DNA from: an uncultured bacterium
Lineage (GTDB): Bacteria; B130-G9
Assembly (NCBI GenBank): GCA_965372715.1
Contig: CBDVDH010000019.1
Location: 1-57,628, forward strand
Reading direction: 5' to 3'
DNA: 57,628 nt
The position numbers were made by a program, and so were the translations under genes. Positions 50,605 through 57,628 of this stretch are shown in pieces. Below the pieces are notes generated by a model. The model was not told the DNA's origin and ran no database searches. It saw only the letters and a list, made by a program, of their open reading frames with translations. How positions within the stretch are numbered: the stretch's first letter is position 1; every line of letters starts with the position of its first letter.

Positions 50605-51579
50605 TCACTGCGCGTGCGACACCCCAAAGAAATCCACAACGGCGGCCCTAAACGCGGCGTCCGTTCTTATGGAGTTGACCCACCTTCTGAACCTGACGCT
50701 GCCCGGGAAGCGCCGGCTATACCACGCCGCGAACTTCCGGAACCGCCGCACCTGACAGCCCGGGGACTCGAGTGAGCACATCCTGTAATGCCAGAGAAGC
50801 ACTTCGCCAACCTCCTGGCGTTCGGGCCTAGTCCTATTCACCTGGTCTCCGTTTAGCGCGGCCGCAATGTCCCTGAAGACCCAGGGATTGCCGAGCGCGG
50901 CCCTGCCAACCATCACCCCGTCGCAGCCGGTCTCGTCAATCATTCGCAAGGCCGCCTCGGCCCCATCAACGTCCCCGTTGCCAATGACGGGTATGCCAAC
51001 CGCCGCCTTGACTTTCGCGATAAGCGACCAGTCCGCCTGCCCTCTGAACCGGTCCGCGCCGTAGCGAGCATGAACGGTAACGGCTGAGGCGCCGAAATCT
51101 TCGGCCAGCTTGGCCACGAAGACGCAATCAGGTGAGTTTTTGTCGTAACCAGCGCGCATCTTGACCGTGACAGGGGTCCGAACAGCCTTCGCCACGTTGC
51201 TGATTATCTGGCTCAAGAGCTTCGGCTCTCGCATCAGAGCAACACCAGACCCGCTCTTGAGCACCTTGGGCACTGAACAGCCAATGTTGATGTCTATCAC
51301 ATCGACCCCAAAGGACTCCGCAATCGCGCCGGCATCGGCCATCACCTGGGGCCTCGCGCCAAAAATCTGCGCCGAGATGGGCCGTTGAAACTCGTCGAAC
51401 CGCAAGAGCCGCTCGGTTTTCCGCGAATCCCTGACGAGCGCCTCAGTGCTTATCATCTCTGTGCAGACCAGAGCGCAGCCGAACCGCTTGGCGATCTGCC
51501 TGTAAGCGTTGTCAGAGATGCCGGCCATAGGCGCGGCGGCGAGCCGGCCCACGAGCTTCACGGCGCCAATTGAGAACAT
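50605..51579 (-). CDS. dusB: tRNA dihydrouridine synthase
   Basis: APMAGISD; IDINIGC; VTVKMR; VHAR; GNGDV; GRAALGNPW. Confidence 0.92.
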   Translation of the reverse strand: MFSIGAVKLVGRLAAAPMAGISDNAYRQIAKRFGCALVCTEMISTEALVRDSRKTERLLRFDEFQRPISAQIFGARPQVMADAGAIAESFGVDVIDINIGCSVPKVLKSGSGVALMREPKLLSQIISNVAKAVRTPVTVKMRAGYDKNSPDCVFVAKLAEDFGASAVTVHARYGADRFRGQADWSLIAKVKAAVGIPVIGNGDVDGAEAALRMIDETGCDGVMVGRAALGNPWVFRDIAAALNGDQVNRTRPERQEVGEVLLWHYRMCSLESPGCQVRRFRKFAAWYSRRFPGSVRFRRWVNSIRTDAAFRAAVVDFFGVSHAQ

Positions 51580-51582
51580 GCC

Positions 51583-52386
51583 TCAGGCAACGGCCGCGAT
51601 GGCTCGCTCGTTCACGATCGCCTTCGTAGGGCACTTCGCAACGCAAAGCCCGCACTGCTTGCACTTGACGTAGTCGATTACGGCGAGATTGTCCACAACC
51701 TGTATCGCCTCAAACGGGCAGACCTGTTCGCAGAGCTTGCAGCCTATACAGCCAACCGGACACACGGCCCGGACATCCTTGCCGGGCGCCCGCGAGCTGC
51801 ACAAGACGTGCACCGCTTTGCCGAACGGGACGAGCTCGATGATGTCCCTCGGGCACACCTCAACACACCTGCCGCAGCCTGTGCACCGCGCGTCATCGAC
51901 CACTGGAATGCCCCCTGGGCCCTCGCTGAGCGCGTCGAAAGGACAAACGGCGATGCAGGTATCGTAGGCGAGGCAGCCGTAGGGACAGCTCTTGTCGCCG
52001 CCCGCCAAGAGCGCCGCCGCTTTGCACTCCCGCACGCCGTTGTACTCAAACCTCTTGCCTACCTTGTCGTTGCCGCCCGCACAGAGTATCCGAGCCACTC
52101 GTTTGACGACCGTCTCCGCCTCAAGACCGAGCTCCTTACAGATGTTGTCGATCGTCGACACATCGCAGACCGGGCACTTGCTGACCTGCACACCTTCATT
52201 TATCGCGGCCTCCGCCAGGCCGCTGCATCCAGCGTAGCCGCACCCGCCGCAGTTGACGCCCGGCAGCAGGTCTGTCAGTTTTTCTATTCTCGGGTCGATC
52301 TCTACCGCGAGCTTCTTGGAGGCAATCCCGAGGCCTAAACTCGCGCCAAGTCCCAAGGCCGCCATCACGAGAATCGCGTAAAGCAT
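51583..52386 (-). CDS. rnfB: RnfB-type iron-sulfur electron transport subunit
   Basis: N-terminal TM; LPGVNCGGCGYAGC; several CxxCxxCxxxCP motifs. Confidence 0.9.
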   Translation of the reverse strand: MLYAILVMAALGLGASLGLGIASKKLAVEIDPRIEKLTDLLPGVNCGGCGYAGCSGLAEAAINEGVQVSKCPVCDVSTIDNICKELGLEAETVVKRVARILCAGGNDKVGKRFEYNGVRECKAAALLAGGDKSCPYGCLAYDTCIAVCPFDALSEGPGGIPVVDDARCTGCGRCVEVCPRDIIELVPFGKAVHVLCSSRAPGKDVRAVCPVGCIGCKLCEQVCPFEAIQVVDNLAVIDYVKCKQCGLCVAKCPTKAIVNERAIAAVA

Positions 52387-52627
52387 AGCCCGTCCTTTCT
52401 GACGCCTATTCTGTCGTCTTTCTTTCCGGCGAGAATAACGCAGCCCAAATGTAGTGCCCGACTGAGTCGCTGTCAACACAACTGGCCGCGCCTGAGACGT
52501 CCAAGGGCCCTGAAGCTCAGTTCGTTGCTTTCTGCCGTTGCCGACCGGAACCAGGCTTCAGGCAAGCATTCGCATTCAGCTTTTCTGACCCGTTTTGCCT
52601 CTTTAGAAGGCTCTTTCACGCAGAAAC

Positions 52628-52656
52628 TTGACAGTCTGAGAAGAATTGGTAATAAT
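52628..52656 (+). promoter_or_regulatory. Possible sigma70 promoter pointing into a region without a gene
   Basis: TTGACA-N17-AATAAT. Confidence 0.45.
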
Positions 52657-52750
52657 GAAACATGAAAGCGATTTGGGATGACACAAAAAGGGATCACTTG
52701 GGATCAATAGACCGCATTAGTTAGACATCTCCTCCTCCATTTTTGATTTC

Positions 52751-52817
52751 AAGAGGAGGCAACTCCAGTCTCCTCTTTTTGCGGGGGAAGGGCGAATCCC
52801 TTCCCCCTCCAGTCTTT
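52751..52817 (+). terminator. Tandem hairpins, terminator-like
   Basis: AAGAGGAG...CTCCTCTT followed by TTT; then GGGGGAAGGG-cgaat-CCCTTCCCCC. Confidence 0.55.
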
Positions 52818-52854
52818 TACCCCGCGCCAAATCGCCTGTCCCATAGCCCGACTC

Positions 52855-52954
52855 GTGGCGGTGTCTCAGACACGCTTCAGCCGATCCCATTGGATAGACC
52901 GCTCACGCCACCGCAATCAATACAAAACGGGCGGGTCAGAGACCACGCCCCTAC
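52855..52954. repeat. GTAG-type REP doublet (left arm degenerate)
   Basis: GGCGGTGTCTCAGACACGC ... GGGCGGGTCAGAGACCACGCCCCTAC; same family as 2056-2161. Confidence 0.75.
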
Positions 52955-52999
52955 AGAACCGGGCGGAGGATATAGGGAAGCGCAGCAGCCGTGCCCACT

Positions 53000-54730
53000 C
53001 TAACGATCCGCGTCTAAATCTGCCAACAGGCTCGCGGCGAACCCGTGAGCATCCTCCTTGCCCTCGCCGCCGAGCATCCTCGCTAACTCATTGATGCGCG
53101 GCTCGCGCCCGAGCTCGGTGACGGCAACACTAACACCGGAATCGGACGCCTCTTTGACGACGGATAGGTGCTTCTGGGCGAACCGGGCTATCTGCACCAG
53201 GTGCGAAACCACAAGGACCTGCCGCGAGCCGGCGAGCCTTCTGAGCATCCTGCCAACGTGGACCCCGGCAGTGCCGCCGATACCTGCGTCCAGCTCATCG
53301 AAGACCATTATCGGCACGTCGTCCGCGCCGGCAAGCGCGGTCTTGAGCGTAAGCATGACGCGCGATATCTCCCCGCCGGACGCGACCTTTCTGAGCGGCA
53401 TCAACGGTTGACCGGGATTCGTAGAGATAACGAACTCCACCCGATCGAAGCCATCCTTGCCCGGCAACTGACTACCCTCATCATCGCCAGAAGTCGCTCT
53501 GACCGCAAAATCGACGCCGAAATCGCAAGCCTGCATCGCAAGCCTGGTGAGGTTGCCTCGAACTGCCGCGGACAGTTCCTTCGCGCGACCCTGGCGGTCT
53601 TTGGATAGCTGCCCGGCCTTCTGTTGGAGAGCATCCCCAAGCACATCTCGCTGCTCCTTCAGATGTCTTAACTGCTCCCCCTTGTGCTCAAATCCAGCGA
53701 GCTGTTCGCGGAACTCATCGAGCTTACTAAGCAGGTCATCGGCCCCACAGTGATGCTTGCGGGCGAGTGAGGACAGCGCCGCCAGCCGGTCCTCAACCAC
53801 TTCTAGCCGGTCCGGATCGAACGAAAGCGAGTCAGCAAGCGCCCGCGCCTCGCCAGCCACTTCTTCGAGCGAAAGCCGCGCATCGGCGACCCTGTCCGCT
53901 ATTGTGGTCATCGCGTCGTCCATCTTTGTGCCGGCGATCATCTGCCGCTCAAGCGTCGAAAGGCTCTCGCAGACCGACCTCGGGGCTCTCCAGAGCAGAT
54001 GGTCGGCCGAGGCATAAAGCTCCGCGAGCTTCTCGGCATTGGCCAGTCTTCGCCTCTCGTCCTGAAGCGACTCGAACTCGTTTTCAGTCATTCTCAGCTG
54101 CTCAAGCTCTTGAACGTAGAACTCAAGCAGCTCCCGCTCGTCGTCAGCGCGGCGGTTCGCTGATTCGGCGGAGCGGACCTGAGCGTCGAGCTCCTTGAAC
54201 CGCTCGTAAAGCCGCGTTACCTCATTCCTTGCGTCCGAGAGACCCCCGAACTCGTCGAGCGTCAAGAGCTGATACCGGGTCGAGAACAGCCGCTGATGCT
54301 CGTGCTGACCGTGGAAATCCACGACAAGCTCACCTATTCTCTGCAACACCGAGAGAGGCACAGGCCGATAATTGACGTACGATTTGCCCCGACCGTCCCG
54401 TCTCATGCTGCGCTTCAGAACCACAATATCGTCATCCGGATCGACCAAGCCCGCCAAGAGCGCCAACAGCTCTTCGCGAAGCCGCGCCTCGACCCGGCTG
54501 GACCTCTCCGTCGGACCGATCTCAAGAACGACCTCGACAACCGCCTCGTCCGCGCCCTGCCGAAGAACATCACGAGTGGCGCGCTCGCCCAATGCAAAGC
54601 CGATGGCGCCGACGAGGATCGTCTTGCCCGCGCCGGTCTCGCCCGTGATCACGTTCAGGCCCGGCCCGAAACTGGCCGCCAATTGATCGATGATCCGGAA
54701 GTCTGATATTCGCGCCTCGGATATGTGCAT
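53000..54730 (-). CDS. recN: DNA repair protein RecN
   Basis: TGETGAGKT; HGQHEHQ; ASGGEISR; FDELDAG; SHLVQIA. Confidence 0.96.
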   Translation of the reverse strand: MHISEARISDFRIIDQLAASFGPGLNVITGETGAGKTILVGAIGFALGERATRDVLRQGADEAVVEVVLEIGPTERSSRVEARLREELLALLAGLVDPDDDIVVLKRSMRRDGRGKSYVNYRPVPLSVLQRIGELVVDFHGQHEHQRLFSTRYQLLTLDEFGGLSDARNEVTRLYERFKELDAQVRSAESANRRADDERELLEFYVQELEQLRMTENEFESLQDERRRLANAEKLAELYASADHLLWRAPRSVCESLSTLERQMIAGTKMDDAMTTIADRVADARLSLEEVAGEARALADSLSFDPDRLEVVEDRLAALSSLARKHHCGADDLLSKLDEFREQLAGFEHKGEQLRHLKEQRDVLGDALQQKAGQLSKDRQGRAKELSAAVRGNLTRLAMQACDFGVDFAVRATSGDDEGSQLPGKDGFDRVEFVISTNPGQPLMPLRKVASGGEISRVMLTLKTALAGADDVPIMVFDELDAGIGGTAGVHVGRMLRRLAGSRQVLVVSHLVQIARFAQKHLSVVKEASDSGVSVAVTELGREPRINELARMLGGEGKEDAHGFAASLLADLDADR

Positions 54731-54760
54731 CCGTATGTTCTCCTTTGACCGATAGGCTAT

Positions 54761-55052
54761 GAGGCGCAGCTTGCGGTGTCAACAGCGTAGGGTGTTAGCG
54801 AGGGCATTAGAATCCGTAGTAACTGTGTTTCAGACCCGCCCGCTTAGCTTACATGAATCTCTACGGATACGAGGCATCTTATGCGACCGTCAATTCGAAC
54901 GGGTGGGTCTGAGACACCTACAGGCCGATTCCGACAATCGCGTCGCATAAGAGAACCGCCGCGTTGATCTTGACAATCGGCAGTATTGCCTGTATCGTTG
55001 CTATCTGATATGGACAACGAAATCCTCGTCAATCGACTTATGACCGAGCCTC
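54761..55052 (-). mobile_element. Second, degenerate copy of the MITE
   Basis: ~54917-55052 is a close reverse-complement match to ~1926-2060, including the TIR; the far end (54761) is degenerate and uncertain. Confidence 0.75.
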
Positions 55053-55115
55053 ATACGCCCCAAGTCTCAATTCGATAACTAAGATAGTCGCATAGACACA
55101 TGCAAGACGACATAC

Positions 55116-55230
55116 AAGGGGCAGGGCTTGTCTCCGCCCGTTTCGGCGCACATGAGCGACACGAAGAATCGGGCAGAAACAAGGAGCCTGGGTTATATGT
55201 GAGACGGGCGGAGACAGGCCCCGCCCATAC
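55116..55230. repeat. Second REP-like doublet family
   Basis: GGGGCAGGGCTTGTCTCCGCCCGT ... ACGGGCGGAGACAGGCCCCGCCCATAC. Confidence 0.7.
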
Positions 55231-55322
55231 GAAACGTGATACAACTGCAACGACCCAGGCTCACGAAGTCGCCCCGCGCCAAACCATCATCGTGCACAAA
55301 CAGAAGAACCAACGGTTGCCAA

Positions 55323-56096
55323 ATGGCTGAGAAGCTGGGATTCAGGTCAGTCTCATTCGCGCGGCTAGAGCTCACCCAAAAGGCAAAAGAGCCGCCTCAA
55401 AAGAGAGCCATCATAAGGAACGTCTCGTTCAGCGTGAAAGTCGGCGAGCTCTTCGTAATCGCTGGCCCATCAGGGTCCGGAAAAAGCACCTTGCTGAGGC
55501 TCGCAAACCGGCTGCTGATACCCACGACCGGGGCCATCCGTCTCGACGGACACGACATCTCCGAGCTCGAGGTTACCGCGCTTAGGCGAAAGGTGGGCCT
55601 CGTTCAGCAGACCCCGGCGCTTTTTCCCGGCACAGTCCTTGAGAACGTCCGATACGGCCCGAGAGTGGCAACCACGGAGAGAGGTCGAATCGCCAATACC
55701 GATGAGATGGCGCTCGCGATAAGATGCCTGCGTCTGGCCGGGCTTAACGATAGCTTCTTGTCGCGCAAAGTCAATGAGCTCTCCGAAGGAGAGATGCAGC
55801 GCGTCGCAATTGCCAGGGTACTTGCGAATCAACCCGAGGTGCTGCTCCTGGATGAGCCGACAGCCTCGCTAGACCCGACATCGACGCTGACTGTGGAGAA
55901 GCATGTCCAGGGCCTGAAGGAAGTGCAGGAGATTGCGATTCTCTTCGTCACGCACGATGTCGAGCAGGCCAAACGCATCGGCGATCGGGGGGTTCTCCTC
56001 GTCAATGGCCAAATCGTCGATGAAGGTCCTCTTCCCAAGCTGCTTTCCGACCCGCAGAACGAGACCACACGAGCATTCGTGAGCGGCAAGCTTTGA
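55323..56096 (+). CDS. ABC transporter ATP-binding protein (PstB/FetA-like)
   Basis: GPSGSGKST; LSEGEMQR; LLLDEPT; VTH. Confidence 0.9.
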   Translation: MAEKLGFRSVSFARLELTQKAKEPPQKRAIIRNVSFSVKVGELFVIAGPSGSGKSTLLRLANRLLIPTTGAIRLDGHDISELEVTALRRKVGLVQQTPALFPGTVLENVRYGPRVATTERGRIANTDEMALAIRCLRLAGLNDSFLSRKVNELSEGEMQRVAIARVLANQPEVLLLDEPTASLDPTSTLTVEKHVQGLKEVQEIAILFVTHDVEQAKRIGDRGVLLVNGQIVDEGPLPKLLSDPQNETTRAFVSGKL

Positions 56097-56596
56097 TACT
56101 GATTCTCGCGAGGGGTTTAGGGGCCCGAATTGTGCCAAGTTTCTTGCGTTCAGGGCCGCATGTGTAGAGGGATTTCAGCCTCTTGATTTGGTCGGGTTGT
56201 GACGCTTATAGGTAGCCTGAATCTGATTGTAATCCTGGCCAACTGATAGCTTCCGGCCAGTTTCCACAGCGCATTTGGGCGTTATCAGGCTGGGACAGTC
56301 ATCGTTCATCTTGGCAGTCCTGCATGGGCGTCTTCGGACATGCGAGGTAAAGACGGATGTTATCCAGACAAACCGGATCAAAAGAGGAACCGGAGAATTG
56401 TCCTTGCTTCCCGTCTATATCATTCGTGGGAGCGATTCTGCTGGGGATGGCGCGCGATCATACCTGGAAGCGTGGAAGGCTATCGCAGAGATCATCCAGG
56501 GTCTAAGGACTCAGGCGGGAGGACTGACTCGTCAACGCAGCTCGGACGTATTATTATGATCGGCGTGGATTTTGGGTTCTTGAGGATGGTTGGCGA

Positions 56597-57376
56597 ATGT
56601 CAGAGAGCGACGTGATCATAGAGTATCGGGACGTTCACAAGCGTTTCGGCGAGCTGGTTGTGCTTGACGGCGTGAACCTTCGCGTGCGGCGCGGCGAGAC
56701 GCTGACGATTGTGGGTCGGAGCGGGATTGGCAAGTCGGTGATGCTCAAGACGCTGACAGGGCTGATGTCGGTTGATTCGGGGCGCATTTTCGTTGATGGC
56801 GATGAGGTTACCGAGCTCGATGAGGACCAGCTTCGGGACGTTCGTCGCAAGATGGGCATGCTCTTTCAAAGCGCCGCGCTCTTCGATTCGATGACGATCT
56901 ATGAGAACGTGGCCTACCCGCTCAAGGAGCACACCGATTTCAATGACGCGAGGCGCCTCGAGGTCGCTAAAGAGACGCTGGAGATGGTCGATCTTCACGG
57001 CATCGAGGACCAGCTGCCGGGTGAGCTGTCGGGCGGGATGAAGAAGCGCGTCGGGCTTGCCCGGGCGATTGCGCTTCGTCCGCCGATAATCCTCTACGAC
57101 GAGCCAACCACGGGGCTCGATCCCATAACAGCAAACGTCATCAATCGGATGATTCGCAGGCTCCAGGAGCGACTTGAGATAACATCCATCATCGTTACGC
57201 ACGACCTTCAGAGCGCGTTCATGGTAACAGACCGCATCGCGATGCTTCACGGGGGCAAGATCATTTCGGTGCAAAGCGTCGAGGACTTCAGAGAGTCCCA
57301 TGACGAGCGGATTTATGAGTTCGCGACGGGCGGCCTGACCGAGCAGGAGCTGAGAAGCGTTGGCCGAACCCTTTGA
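56597..57376 (+). CDS. mlaF: ABC transporter ATP-binding protein, MlaF/Mkl family
   Basis: GRSGIGKSV; FQSAALFDSM; LSGGMKKRVGLARA; YDEPTTGLDP. Confidence 0.88.
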   Translation: MSESDVIIEYRDVHKRFGELVVLDGVNLRVRRGETLTIVGRSGIGKSVMLKTLTGLMSVDSGRIFVDGDEVTELDEDQLRDVRRKMGMLFQSAALFDSMTIYENVAYPLKEHTDFNDARRLEVAKETLEMVDLHGIEDQLPGELSGGMKKRVGLARAIALRPPIILYDEPTTGLDPITANVINRMIRRLQERLEITSIIVTHDLQSAFMVTDRIAMLHGGKIISVQSVEDFRESHDERIYEFATGGLTEQELRSVGRTL

Positions 57377-57470
57377 GACGCGGTTGTTGGGGAGGCGGGT
57401 CTATATGTGCGAAGTGTTTCTCGTAGGGGTGGGGCTTGTTACGTTAGGCAATAATTGCGAACGGTTCTTT

Positions 57471-57497
57471 GTAGGGGCGCGGTCTCAGACCCGCCCG
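57471..57497 (+). repeat. GTAG-type REP arm
   Basis: GTAGGGGCGCGGTCTCAGACCCGCCCG; flanks also resemble the reverse complement of 52912-52962. Confidence 0.75.
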
Positions 57498-57628
57498 TTC
57501 CAATTGATTGCCCGATCATGGGTTGCGCACCGCGTTCGATCCACAGAGGCGGGGGGGGGGGGGGGCCGCCCCCCCCCCCCACGAAAAAAAGTAAAGACAC
57601 AAAACGAAAACGACACAAAAACACCCAC

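Noticed and set aside
56275-56615. Short ORFs between the two ABC ATPases
   Set aside because: No RBS, motif or TM pattern supporting a permease or any other product.
57549-57628. G/C homopolymer hairpin and A-rich tail
   Set aside because: Low-complexity contig end, most likely a sequencing or assembly artefact.

Overview
A GC-rich bacterial contig (taxon not determinable by eye; both ends are low-complexity) made mostly of housekeeping genes: metG, purN, purM, gmhA, yebC-ruvC-ruvA, rpoZ, ubiB, nadB, alaS, recX, pilT, dusB, rnfB, recN, two peroxiredoxins, glycosyltransferases and ABC ATPases. It has two accessory, visibly more AT-rich islands. (1) 5.9-11.4 kb: AbiJ-like protein, orphan amino-methyltransferase, HEPN toxin-antitoxin-like pair and an anti-sigma-type HATPase / STAS / PIN triad. 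(2) 27.4-30.3 kb, where ruvB would usually be: a translationally coupled Ser/Thr kinase, putative TIM-barrel protein and wHTH-PD-(D/E)XK nuclease. This triad is my best candidate for an undescribed defence system. Other highlights are a ~970-aa exported protein built from more than 20 IEAKLD repeats; a ~265-bp MITE inserted with a 4-bp duplication into a REP palindrome, whose second copy has an inverted core; a CTG-initiated ruvC; a methyltransferase broken by a heptamer repeat and a G6 frameshift, followed by a remnant of a paralog; and two candidate non-coding RNAs. No rRNA, tRNA or CRISPR array was seen. All family calls come from motif recognition, not database searches.
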